This document shows positions 1 to 16,648 of a stretch of 64,000 bases of DNA, piece after piece. Each line of letters opens with the position of its first letter. Within the stretch, counting starts at the first letter, position 1. The DNA is from Daphnia carinata (lineage: Eukaryota). The DNA lies in assembly GCF_022539665.2 (NCBI RefSeq), contig NC_081333.1, positions 682,001 to 746,000 of the forward strand, given 5' to 3'. The notes below the pieces were generated by a model. That model had not been told where the DNA came from. It searched no databases and worked only from the letters and a program-made list of their open reading frames with translations. The position numbers and the translations under genes are program-made.

Positions 1-3000
1 GGATGGAAAAGTATAGCTGGAAAACGCTGGCGTTTTTCTATATTGGTTCAGAACGTGACGGACGCGGCAGGGCGAGGACAGGATGTCCTATTACTAAAAC
101 TCTCGATAACTTATACGATAATACCAAACACGTCAGCCAGAAGTGAGGGAATGAGGCGCTCGCTAAACGGATAGAGATGCGAGGACGCGAGGTAAAAAAA
201 GAAAAGAAAAAAACTGAGGGCTAGAAAAATATTGTAAAGGAAATAAGAAGTCGGAAACAGAAAAGAAGGAAGAACGGGCAAAGCAAACTTAATTATCGCT
301 TGCTTCCCCCCTTTTTTTTTTCGCCCCCTTGCCAGTTGTCTCTTCTTCTCCACCATCAGCCTTAGACTGCTGGGTTGGCGCAATTCGATTAAAGTTGGGC
401 GCGAGCCCTTGGCTTATTGTCGGCCATGTATCTCGATTAAGGTCGCAGACATGAGGATAGGCAAGCTCAAGCTCTTTGTGAAAAGTCCGTCACTAAGAGA
501 CAAACGCCTTCCACTACGAAGTGAATTAGGTATATACCCTCCGGCTCAAATAAAAACCAAACGCCGGGCCCTCAGTATACACAGTCCTGGCTAATTTGTT
601 ACAGTCCCCACTTTGATTTACGAGCTGATGCTCAACGCACAAGCACCGGGAGAATTAAAAAAAAAAAAAAAAAAAGGAGTAAATCCAATGAGACCATCAT
701 TGCTTAAGCCTGTCGATTAAAGCACGTAGATGAAAAATGTTTTCGTTATAGGAATGAATTTTAGAACAATAAAAAAAAAAAAAGGGGGGAAATTGTGTTT
801 GAGTTCGACGTGGCTGCAGTCTGGGTACTTTGTATTATTTTTCGGCCTTCTGTAGCAAACACTCTTCATTGTGGGCCTTTTCTCCGATGTTTGGATACCC
901 CTCGAAATATATTCTGGCTTTTCGTTTTTGCTGCTGCGTCAGAAGATCATGCAAATGGCTAAATGTAGTCACGAGTGAGAAAACGGACAGCTGCTCGTGT
1001 GCCTTTTGGCTTGGTCGTCCCTACTCGCAAGCCATTGGCAGGAGCATAGCATCGCTACCGATTACCCGAGTTCCCGATGGTTCCAAATACAAAGTGACAT
1101 TTGCCAGGCGGCTCATCCGAACTGTTTTTCTGTTTGTTTTTTTTTATTTTCAGCTCGTAGAATCTCCTTTGCAGTCACTTGACTTGTTTACTGAATAAAA
1201 TATAACGGTTTAACGCTACGGTATACCCAATTGACATCCACCTTTGGGATGAGCAGCGTAGTCTGCGCTCTTTGAACCGCCCGCCGCCACTGATGTTCGA
1301 ATTTCGTTTTACCTTTTTTGCATCCACGAAATGCGTGAGTACGTATCGAACGTTTCTAATTTGCACGTTCTACTGAGGAAATTGATTTACCCGATGAACG
1401 GCGCCCGTTTGCACCATTCGTTTGAATGAAACAACAGTTTAAAAGTATAGACAGACTTATTGTATAAAGCCGTGAGTTGGGCGGACTGACGTCACGCAAG
1501 GCGGCACTATTGTTCACCAAATGAAATAGAAAGGAAAAAAGTTTGTTGTTTGTGCGTACCGCGGTGAGTTGCAGGTACGCCACACTTGTGGGTTTAACTT
1601 GGCTCTCAAAAAGTTTGACAGGACACACTGGATAGTTGATGAAGGCTTCTTACGGTTTCCTTTTCAAAGGTTGTCACCTTTTCTTTGGCTCACCTTTCTA
1701 TAGAATTCGAAAAAACCTCTACAACAGACAATTCGACCCTCCTAAATTCATGATGATGGCAACTCCGCAAGCCAAGCTTCGGCTTGGCTTCAAATGATTC
1801 AAACGGAAGCAAAACTTGAAAACATGGCAGGTGTAATACTTGCACATCTATATCTCGGCAAGTCAATACTCAGTTTCACCAGTTGGATATATATTTTTTG
1901 TTTGTCTGGCTACATATTTCATTGTTCTCTTATTGGCGATGATTTATTTATTACGGGGCCATTGCCGTATGGGCGTTGCTTGTCCGATAAAAAGCGTAAC
2001 GAACTTCTTCGTAAAATAGAAGTATTTAGGTTTTATGTAGGCTACATCCGTGCTAGCACTCTTCCACGCTAGGCGTGCTGAAAATCCCATGCGCAACCGG
2101 CGATTAACTATTCAAACCCGACGGAAGAAATTAGTTGGCCGATGGTTGATCAGCGGCCACCGTTACCGTTTGCCAACACAAAATAACGTGAGCGAGTTAA
2201 AAGGCTTTGCATTCAAGTTTCTCGATAGCGCGAAACGTCCTAGCGAATGACGGTGGCAAAAAGCACAAAAAAAAATATTCCGACCCTTCTTAATAAATGA
2301 ACGCAGCCTTTCGGCGTCTTCGCCTCTCACAGCAATTGGCATTAGATTTGTAGACAGGGCTGAACTCGTTCAGCGACGTTAATAGAGAATAAACCAACTG
2401 CGTGAAATAGGAGGCAGGGGAAGGGGGGGTGGGAATTTCGTTTTCTGTGGATGGATGATTTGAACGAATTGAAAAAGAGTAATTCGATGGTGATGGCGAT
2501 GATGAAGATGTTCACAACTGTTGTCTCTGTTAGCCAAGCCTAATAGTCACCTACAATTACGTTCGCGTGACTATTGCTTTTTATTTTTTTTTTTTCTCGG
2601 CCTGTTCCCTTTCGATTTAGTGGATGCGCGTTCCATTCCTTTTCATTTCCTGATGGATTTATCAGGCCGAGTTACTCGTCTTTATTTTTTTCATTGGTCG
2701 CTATTTCCTCTGTTCTTTCAAGCGCCTTTCACGCCCTCTCGTTGGAGAGCAGTTGAAGCCACTTCAGCCATCGTTTCTCCCGACTAAACTCGGACTCGTG
2801 TTCATCCTTCATACGATTCATAGATCGGATGCCTGTTCACGCGCCCTTCTAAAAGACGGACACATTTTTTTTTTATTTCCCCACACGCGGCTGTTAATAT
2901 TGAATTTCCGTCCCTTCGCCTCTCCGTTCCCCCCCCACCCCACTCTGTCCTCTTCTTTATATTTTGTCTCTTACTAGTTCCTCCTTTTTTTTTTTTCTAA

Positions 3001-6000
3001 CACTCCCTGTCTCCCCCCATTGCGTCTTCTTATTTTGAGTCCACTAAAATATTTTTTCTTTTTTTTTTTTTTTTCGTCCGCTTCCTTTTTCTCGAACTGC
3101 CCATCCCTGTTCGGGCATGGTGACGAGCTAGCATATTTACTAGCGGAGAAAATATCTAGAATAGAAAGGTCTTAGGCTCGGACACCAAATGCGTAACCTT
3201 CTTGTACAAGTTATAAGCAAATAGTGAAGGAATATGGACGGATCTGAAATAACAATAACCAAACCGACAAAATAAAGATACAAAAAAAACGAACGAAATT
3301 TTTTACACAGCTCTTGACAGAGTCCAGTTACGAACAGCTGAATTGGAATTACGACAATTCCACGACCAAGGTTGATCGATAGAAGCTAGATCATACGAGC
3401 GTTTGACGTACAACTCAATCAATTGTGATGTTGGCTTTCGATAGTCGCTAGCTTATTGTGAGCCAACTGTACAGCCCTTGATCGCTCCAGTTGAGCAAAT
3501 AAAAATGGGCTGACGTGTTGTAATCTTTCGTGCACCTTGGACACACCCACACTTGCAAGTGGAATCCATCAGTCGACCGCACGATAGAGCTTTGTGGGAA
3601 AGGTTAGCAATGTCAGTGCAGCAATCGATTCCTTTTTATATTAGGCATAGCTAGTGGTTCAGCTAAACAAAAATAAAAGCCCTAAAGGTCCACGTCGATC
3701 GGACTGTCCAAAATTCGATAGTCCAACGCGCGGAGTGAAAACTAATTACCTATAAGAAATGTCAAAAGCGATTGATATTCAAACAAATGACGTCAAGGTG
3801 CGAGCATCACAGGAAACTATGAAGACTAGAACTTCCTCCAACCCAAAAAATGGAACTGTACAGTTTTCCATCGTGGTGCGGAGGATGGAATAAGAAGGGG
3901 GGGGGGGGATGGTGGTAGGTGGAGAGCCACGGCTATAGTTGCACCCTGGCAACGGGATCATGATTCGTTCTTGTTGATAATTGGGATCCGCAATGCGCAT
4001 ATATACTTGGTCTATCTAACCTCGTTAGCTCGCCCCGCTCTTTTAACAAGTTGCGAACGTGGAAAACCCAACCGGAAGCTAATAAGATGCGGAGACGAAG
4101 TGGGGGGCAGGGGGAATGGCTGCCTGACTGGATGAAGGACACAATCGTTTTTTTTTTTTTTTTTTTTTTTCTTTCTTTTTCTTTTCTTTTTTTTTTTTTC
4201 TAGCAAGTTCAGCAACAGCTTTTGGCCGCTCGCGTCAATGCGGTCGCCTAGAGGACCAAGTTCAAAAGATGGGAGAGGTGCTCCTGAGAGTTTCACTCGG
4301 CTCTTTCTCCGACTAACGCAGACAGCCGACCACCGCTCTATGCAGTCGGCGTCGATACCGTATTTTTTTTACTCCTCTAGGTACTTCATCCAAATCAGCG
4401 ATACCTGATCCCTCGACATGATTCGGCTTTCCCCTCGTTCCCACCCCCGCTCGCCATTATGTCCTACAGATCGTAGGCGTGCTTCGCTGTTCGATTGCAA
4501 GTTGCCCCGTTCGCTACACGTCAATTGATTTACTTGTAGAAAAGATTGTATATAGGATTGGGGGAAAATCTTTGATGGGGTAAAAGGACCAGAGCTGTGT
4601 GCCTCATCTTGATACGGCCGGGACAATTAACTTCGTTAGCCCTAGGGAACTCTTGAGTGTGTCATAACGATCGTGCTCGCTGTCCTGTTTTTAAATGAGC
4701 GCTTTCGTGCCATGGTCTTCGATGCCTAGTTACCTCGGTCATCGTCGCGGCACGAGCATATCTGTCGCACTCTTCAACCACGTCAACACTCAACGTCCGT
4801 CTCTTTCCTCTGTTACATCAGATCCCCTTTTTCTTCCTCATTAATGCGGACAACGTAATGAGTATGACATGATATCGCATTCCCCTGTTTATGTCACAGA
4901 CGTCCAACACAAACACGCACGCATACCCGCACACACAGAAAGAAACGATGTTAGGTTTTTTTCGTTCGCTTTCACGACACATTCGTATGATTTCTTTCTT
5001 CATTTCTAAACGATGTTCCTTTTTAAGACGGGAAATGGCTAACGTTACGTAAATCACAAACTATATGGAAACTTATACGCTGGCCCGAAATCCGGACAGT
5101 ATATCACAATATAGGCCCCCCCATCCTCGACAGTTGCCAGTAAGCCTCAACAAGTAATTCGAGCCTCCACGTCGGTGGTCCTGCTTTCCATGTAGCTCGC
5201 ATGTTCAGCAATTAGGCCGTGAAACGGGACACTCACGGTCTCCTTCTTGCAAGAACATAACTGACATCATCATTAGGCCGATCATCCCGAAGTTCGGAAA
5301 CGGTGGCACCATGTTACACAGTTTCAAAAGCAGTCGTTGGCCGATCTTGCAAAATCGTGTTTAACTCATGGCGATTTTACGGCCTACGCAAGGCATAACG
5401 CGTGCCTTATCTAAACATATTCCCGTGCATCAGTTCATCGCTGTAAGAACGTTTTGCGAAATTAAAAGACATTTTTCGTTACGATGCGGCCGTTTGCGAT
5501 TATAAAACTCTGCTAGGTTTTTGGTGAATAGTTATTGGTTGTCTAACCTTTGTTCATCGAAAATGCATGAAAAGGGAATTGGGCGCTTTATTTCCCGTTT
5601 GGTATAATTTCTTGTTTCTTCAACTTCCCGCGATAGAATGAGGCGATTTCCAATTCAGGTTCGAAAACTATGCCAAAGAAAAAATTGACGCTGTTTAACA
5701 AGAAGAGGGGGAAGCTATAGCAGTTCAGAAGCGAAACTGGATTTGTTACATACCGTCATCGACCAACTCAAAACCCATAAGGTAAAATGCATTAATTGGA
5801 TTGGTTTGGAAAATTCCCCGCTATTTACATAGCGCATTTGCATTTGAACAAGCCCTACTACAGCCTGTTCGGTTAGACTCTATACTGTTTGCAAAAAAAA
5901 AAAATGTATTATTTCGGGTTCACTAGCAGACTGTATATCCATCCAACTAAAGCATCTCAAATTACAAGGTATCACGTTCCGTTCTTTAGATTTGCATTTT

Positions 6001-6275
6001 TTTTTTGTACTATACGACACAAGCCCCGGAAAGAGTTGAAGACCTGTCAACCAAACTGGGTTCTAAATGTTTTCTGTTTCATATTTTAAATTGAAATAAA
6101 TTCAGAATAATTGATCAAACTCGACCGCGTTTCAAGCGGAATGGTTCGTAATGGTCATTCTACGAATGTGTCCAGGATGTACGCTTTGATACGGCAACCA
6201 CAAACGTATACATTCATTTTCATTTCACATCGTAAGGCCGTGTGAATGATGAGTGAGGGATCTTTTCCCTCAATT

Positions 6276-6277
<2 letters not shown>

Positions 6278-6308
<31 letters not shown>
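6278..6308. repeat. (GT)n microsatellite
   Basis: Run of ~15 GT dinucleotides. Confidence 0.95.
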
Positions 6309-6313
<5 letters not shown>

Positions 6314-7070
6314 AGAGGTAATACGTCACCGCTTTACCGCATGCGGTGGCCAAGGTAAAATCACGCTTTAAGTAGAAAATGAGCTGGACCACCGTTCAGC
6401 TGAGGTTTGGAGATGCGCTCTGTAAGTTGTGAACAGGTTACAAGTGTATCGTCCAAAACTGCCCTAGACTTTTATTTCCAACATCATTTCTGCGCTGACA
6501 TGGTGGGAATCTCACTTCCAAGGTGCCCATTCGCCTCGGTACTCAAACGCGAGGAGAAGCGGAAACACAATGAAAGTGACAGACATCTTCACCTTCGTTT
6601 AATTCATTTTTTATTTCTGTTTTCCTGTTTGCTTTTTAGCGAGAAGGGGGTGTACTTTCCGTTAAGTTTCAGTGAATGTTAACTTCTCTTTTATTTCCCT
6701 CATTTGTTATATTTTCATCGGTCAAACAGTGGGAAGAAAAGGTGAGCTTGGTAGGAATGAAATAATCTGAAAAACCGTAAATTTCAAATGAATCGCTTTT
6801 CTTTTCTTTTTTTAAATCTAGGGAAACAGATGTTGACTATGAAACAACTAGATGGAATGACAGGGGGGGAAAAAGAAACGAACAGGAACACAATATCTTT
6901 ACGAATATAACATTAACGGATGGGCATCATGCATCTGCCACATTTGTCTATAATTTTCCAGTGATACATTTCTTTCTTTTTTTTTCTTTCCCCATCTCTC
7001 TTTGCTTAGGCTTCCTTTTTTTTTTTTTAATATTTTCAAATATATTATTCCCTGTCCGATTTTCTTGGAA

Positions 7071-10216
<3,146 letters not shown>

Positions 10217-12626
10217 TCAATACAACTATGAATACTCAATAGTCAGACAAATAGTTCCGGAATTTGGGAAAAAAAAATGAGGAAGACTCTGGCTGATGTT
10301 ATTGTTCGGCCTTCCGATTTTTTATTTGGCCTGGGTCCACCAATCAAATCTTCCCGGGTTTGAGATCCTCGAAGTAGAAAAACGAATCACGAATATTTAC
10401 TAACGGACGTTTATAGGTGAAATGTTTTCTTCGCCAAACATCACTCGTCTACCAGTCGCAATTATCACGTAACGTCTGCTAATAATTGATGAATAAAAAC
10501 TTTGGAACGTCTGCTCCTTCACTAAGCAAAATAATTGTCTTTAATCGGGATGGTTTCACTGGTTTAGACCGAGATTACAGTCCGGACGTACAGCTTGGTT
10601 GGTGCACTCGCTCACTTTGTCCTCAATCAATGAACTTTTGTCTAATGTGTTTCTTCGGGTAACGGGATAATCGGCTACCGTCGCCCGAAATCACCGCGTG
10701 AACTATTCAAATGTTTAGTCTGTCACGTTGTGCAGGGAATAAAAAACAATGGCAACTGTCGTTGCCAGTGTATGACGGTGGACTGGCGTGTAAGAAGGAG
10801 CCCTTTACGTGTCTGCTGACTGCTGCCCCGTTCACTTCTTGAGGCCTGAGGTCGGTTCGGTTGGCAAGAGGGCTGGTGCTGGTGGGTGGCTGACGAGGAT
10901 ACGGGCAAATGGCAGACGAGGAGGGGGGGGCTTTAAAAAACGACGAAGGGTTTGTGGACACCGGCTAGAAGCTTGTGGACGACCTCCTTCTCCCCGCGAC
11001 GCCGCCCCTTTTCCCCCCTTAAAAAACAAAATAAAAAAATCCCCCTCCACCAAACGGAGAGATACGGCTGAACTCGAGCAGGTGGGTGGCTCCGGCTTTT
11101 TTGCCTCCAAATCAGCCATGGCTCTTCAGCCACTAAAATGTCTTATAACGAAACGGAGAAAAGCAGCTTGTTTAAAAATATATACATATATATGTAGCTT
11201 TATATTTGATATATAACAACTCACGTTGCTCCACCCTGTCTAACTTTTTGTGTGTGCGTGTGTGTTGTTGTTAATTGCTACTACTCCTACCCAGTTGTTC
11301 GCTCTCGTCTGCAGACGAAAGGTGTGTGACTTGTACTATTAAAACTCGTGTGTGCGTCTATGCTTCTTGCTCTTATCCGTTTCTTTTTGTTTTTGTTTTC
11401 AGTGTTAAAAAAAAGGGGGGGGGGGGAGGGGAAGGCGATGGCAGTTTACTTTCAGTATATAGGCTCCCTTGTTTGTGTATTCCCGGTTTTTTCGTGGTAT
11501 GTAGCGAACGGTCGAGTTGCACATCATTATGAGTCCTCGAAATAGCCAAATGCAATGTAGATGGTAGACGGATGAAGAGAAGAGGGGTTCTCTGCTAGTT
11601 GGGCAAATCATGTAGAGGGGCGTGTTACACATCCAACCATGTGGGAATATAGGAAGAGGAGCAGTTTTCATCACGTCAGAATCGGACGTGGGGTTGTTAA
11701 GCGTTTTGTTTTGCAATGCTAAACGGACGGAATGATCCGTACGACTTGAGATGAGTGAACCCATTAAATAAAAAAGGTAACGATAATATGTGGCACGACG
11801 TTATATGTGCCTTTGTGACGAGTTGGCGGGCGATGCCACGCCTTTGACGGAAGCCAAGTTTTAAGGAAATGTTACCACACCTTTGCTCTTTCCGCTAGGG
11901 GATTTCCGTTTTCTCCTTAACCCCGCGTCAAACGCATTTTGCCTTCGTTTCGCTGATGAGTTAGCGAGTCGAGCCTTTTGTTTTTCCGGCAAACGCGAAG
12001 AATTTGGCTGGAGTTCTAACTGTGTCTGTTGTACAAATATGATTTGTCACGCTTCACTTATATAGCTCATTGAATGTTTTGCATGCGCAGCTAGAAGAAG
12101 GGTTGCACGAAGTTAAAAGATTAGCGGCACGAAGTCATTTGAAAATGTCTAACATCATCATCGTTTTTGTTTTTAAATTTTTCTTTGGCATTTTATTTCT
12201 TCTTTTTTTTTTTTGTTGAGGGAGATGAGAAGCGGGAAAGAGTAATTAATTTTGTGATTAAAAAAGAGGGGAGCAGAGACGAGGGGTGGGCGAGCCTGGA
12301 AGGAGGAAATGATGAAAAGATTGGAAGAGGGAAGAAAAAAAAAAAAAAGAAAAGAGTTTGTGTATACGAGGCAAGTAAAAAGCTGGGCGCAAGTTCTGAA
12401 GTCCAACGTGACGCTAATGCCTGTCTGCCCCGATAACGTTCCTTAATGAAGCTGCAAGATGAGAAGGTGAAATTTCATTGCCACCAAGAGGACCAAGTCT
12501 GCCCTCGGCGTTCTCTTTTTTTTTTCCTCTCCACTTTCCCCAATGTTTTCTCCCTTTAAAAAAAAAAAAACTTATTTCGTGCTTAAAGCTTTCCTCTCGT
12601 CTTCATCTTTTTCAATTCTGTTTGGA

Positions 12627-12665
12627 ACACACACACGCACACACACACACACACAGACACACAGA
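12627..12665. repeat. imperfect (CA)n microsatellite
   Basis: acacacacacgcacacacacacacacagacacacag. Confidence 0.85.
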
Positions 12666-15600
12666 GACCCGCACGTATGTACACACAGGCGCGCGCGCTT
12701 TTAATGTGAACGCCCGCTCTCTCTCTCTCTCTGCTGTATATACATCGGGCTCTTCAAGTTTTTAATTACAACGCCCACCTCAGCGAAGCGGTATAGCAAG
12801 AAGATTCTATTCACCCCATCCTTCCGTCCAACCTGGCTCTCTTCTCATGTCCAATTGTGTGCGATCTGCGTCTGTGTATTCTTTCCGCATAATGTCTCCC
12901 CGAAGAGACACACTGTGCAATATTCATTCGTTGCCCATGTTTCCTTGCTTATACAGTATATAAGGGTTTATCTTCTTCAGAAGGCCGAGCAAGACACCAA
13001 TGACGATTGCAACAAATGAGTTGCTTTGCCGACACTGTCAGTCGGGCAGGGCTATATATTTTTTGCTTTGTTTTGTTTTTCAAACATCTTCTTTTGTGTA
13101 GAGGTATTCGAAGCTGACACTCGGTACGCTTGGTGTCGAATTGCCGGGAAGCCTCTGCTTCTAGTTGAGCTCTGTATGGAAAAGAGCGACGTTCTGCAAT
13201 CTCTTTTGCTTAGCAGAAATGAGAATCTCGTTCTAATTTCAAACGGCTAGTGAAACCGTTTGTTTGCACGTTGCGTATCGGGTTGCTTTGATTTTAAGTT
13301 CGAACGCACTTCGCAAGCGGATTCGTCTTGTTTCTTTGACGGACTTCATGCCTCACTTACAAGCTGCACAACTATGTTCTGGTTGCTTAAGGGTTTCACT
13401 TGATTTGCCCGGTTTTGGGTCGTTTTCATTTTGCTGTGATGGAGTTATTGTCGAATTACAAAGAACATCGGTGCGGCAAACCATGGGCTGGATACACAAG
13501 AAAAAGGAGCCCACCGTGTTATAATTGTGTTTCACACAATTCAGGGAAAATGGGCGATCGACGTCGTTAATAAATCACGTCAGATTTTTATCATTTTATG
13601 TTGGCTGAATCCATTGCGTATTCAATAAGATAGAAATTTCTAACAATAAAACGGCTGCGTTTCATGGAAGCCAAATCAATACGAAAGACAACTGGTTAAC
13701 TCTGATTTCAACTTTTCGTTTTCGCTTTTCTTTTTTCTTCTTTTCTTGAAAAGACGTCCCATAGTAGCAACCAAAGACGAGGAATGTGACAATTTCTCTT
13801 ATTCAAGTGAGAACGGCAGAGAAGCATTTCCTACTTGACGCACGCGAAGAAGCCCTCAAACAGAAATGCTGTACATCTAAAAAGAAAAACCATGGAATCG
13901 CTTTGAAGTCTCTCAGTACCCACAGTCCACAAAGGACGAAAGCCACACTTTACATTCAATACCCTTTCCTCTCCAACTTGAGTGTAAAGGGACTTTTTTT
14001 TTTTTTTCTTTTTGAAGAGCCCCAAAAAATAGGGAGCTCGTCGTGGTACAAACAGCTGTGAATAACATAAGATATAGCGACAACAACGAAAACTGGTGAC
14101 ATAAAATAATATGACAACACAGAGCTTGGGCAGGGAAAAAAATGTACTAATATGATTATTGTAAGAAAAATACAAAATCACATTTGACAACCTTTTGGCA
14201 GAAGACTTTTCATTTCGCTTCGATGGGCGACTAAGGCACAATGGAGAAAGCAAAAAAAAAAAAAAAAAAAAAAAAAAATACTAATGCTTTGGAACCATGG
14301 TAGCTTTTCGGTGTTTCGTTTTTGTTTTCTTCTTTCTTATTACCATTTTCCTTTGGCCTCCCTCTTGAGTACTATTGGCTGCCAGTTATATTGGCTTCAA
14401 AGTAGTCTCAACAATAGAACACCAAAGAACAAAATAGCTGTTATGATCTTCATCTATGGCCATTTCTTCCGTTGTTTTCTTCTCTCTGTTCGCCTGTGCA
14501 AGGGAGCTAACTATTTTGCTCTTTGATCTGCATGTTTTTTTTCTCTTTTCCTTGTGAAGCGCTGAATCACACCATACCTCTTCTCTTTCCTTTGAAAGTT
14601 ATCTTGCTTGGTATTTAGCGACGTACGCGCAATCGATGATGGTTTGATGGTATCGGGTACGACATCGCTGTAGGTGTTGTGGACAAATAACGCAGCCGTA
14701 ATATACGGCTGCCATAGAAAACTATAAAAAGCGTGGTCAGAGAAAAAGAAAAGGGGAAAAAAAAATGAGAGAAAACACGACAACAAAAATTCGTTGTCAG
14801 TGTGTTTTATGTATGCGATGAGGGGCGATTCATTGAGTGCTGACGGGCATGATGCATGTCTGCCCTGTCTGTTCTGTTAGCTTTTCGCTTCGTTGCTAGT
14901 GATAGGGCTCGAGCTTTTCATTAGGTACTCGTGCGACTTTCCATGGACTTTCTATCAATAATGAAGTAGCTTCGCGAGCCCCTTGATGATGCCCGTTATA
15001 TACACTAAGCTCAAACAAACTGAGCAAACCCCAGGGGTTGCATTCAGAGGACGCGGACGGCGCAGGGACCCCCGCCTCTAGGGTGTTACCCGATTACAAA
15101 CCTCGCCCCGCTTCGTTATTCGTTCTCTTTTTCGTGCCTGGCCTCAATATGCGGAAAAGATGTAATTCATCTCGGCCAAACTTATCCAACTAAAAGGATC
15201 TGACGTCATAAAAGTGGGCTTTCATATGATCACGCTAAACAGTTTGAAGTCTGAATTTACTTCTCTTTCAAAGAAGGAAATCGTAATAATACACGTACCC
15301 CTCAGTTCTTTAAATGTGTCGTTCAATTCCAATTTTTGTTGTTGTATTTTTTAGCATTTTTTTTTTGTAACCTTCTTGTATGGGTAGATGTGCGAAGAAT
15401 AGAAATATGTCAGAGCTTTGATCTTAGATAGAGATTGTGCTGGAAATACTTGCATTCCCGATATGAACCACGGTATGATAATTTTGCTACCATATTGTGT
15501 TAAATTTGTTAGTTTTGAAAATTTGTTCTTGCGAGAACTCAGTTGCACTCATTGGCGATAAAAGATAAAATTCGAGTTAGCCGTTGATGAAAGATTTTCA

Positions 15601-16648
15601 CCTGGAAAATGTTTTTGGTTATAGCAACTGAAGTGCCAATTGACCTTTAATACTGAGAATCGTATTGTATTATATTGCTAAAACTAGCTATTTTATTTTT
15701 ATGGCATACGGTGAAAAAAGCTGTTTAAACAAGTTAATGGGAACTTCGGCATAGATTTTGCATAAAAGGAGTTTCTGGCATTTGATTTTGAATTCCCCTC
15801 ATGGTGTATTTTTGCATACATTTGGGAAGGTGATATGAATATTTTGTTGCGAAAATCCGTCAAGAAAAACTTCAGCACTTTTATAGCATTCATTTGAAAT
15901 TTGGATTTGTCGACAGCTTCAGAGGTGATTCGATAGAAAAAACTATAGAGGCGTCACGTGTGTGTTCAAATCATTTGCATAGGCTTTTGTCATATAGCAA
16001 CCGAAGTTTCAAAAGCTATTCACACTGAAGTGCTTTGTCAACTTAAAACAGCTTTCTATCTGTTTTCCATTCCATCCTTTTCCCAATCTATAAAAAAAGC
16101 AAGAAGCGAGAAACATCAAGGAGAAACTCTGAAACCACTCTTGATGGTTTAGCATTTCATTTATTCAAATAACTATATGCCAATTTTCGTGGCAGGAAGT
16201 TAGTCCAATGGCAACGAAAGTATTGTCTCAATCTTTCGTTTTGTTTTTCTTTGTTGACTAAAGATGGTAATGCACAGAGGTTAAAATAGATTTAAAGGTT
16301 TAGGTTTCAGTAATCGGTCAACCTACCATCGTCTAGCAAAAAGAGAAAATGAACTAATATTTCATATTCAAACCTTTCGTGATCCTGTACTCTCCTTCTC
16401 ACCTAGCGATATTGTGTATGTATATGATACTTTTTATGATAAGTGAATAAGAGAATCACTCGACATTACATGACAATCAGCAATCACGCTGTACTAGAAT
16501 AATACGTTAATAAATCTAACTTTATTAAACCAAGGAACAGCTTTTTTTACATCGTGTACATTGATTTTATCCATGGCTACATATCGCGATGTATCTGACA
16601 AAAAAGAAGCATATGGTAGATGATGGTTTAGATGTTCCACTGAATAGA

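Noticed and set aside
4610..5312. Possible small spliced minus-strand gene starting MVPPFPNFGMIGLMMMSVMFLQ (signal-peptide-like)
   Set aside because: The first acceptor lacks a pyrimidine tract, downstream exon phases do not join, and there is no recognisable homology.
10707..11555. Minus-strand ORFs upstream of the Runt exon (MADLEAKK..., 'MHLAIS...') as the Runx N-terminus
   Set aside because: 'MHL' starts at TTG, and no convincing phase-compatible splice into the Runt exon was found.
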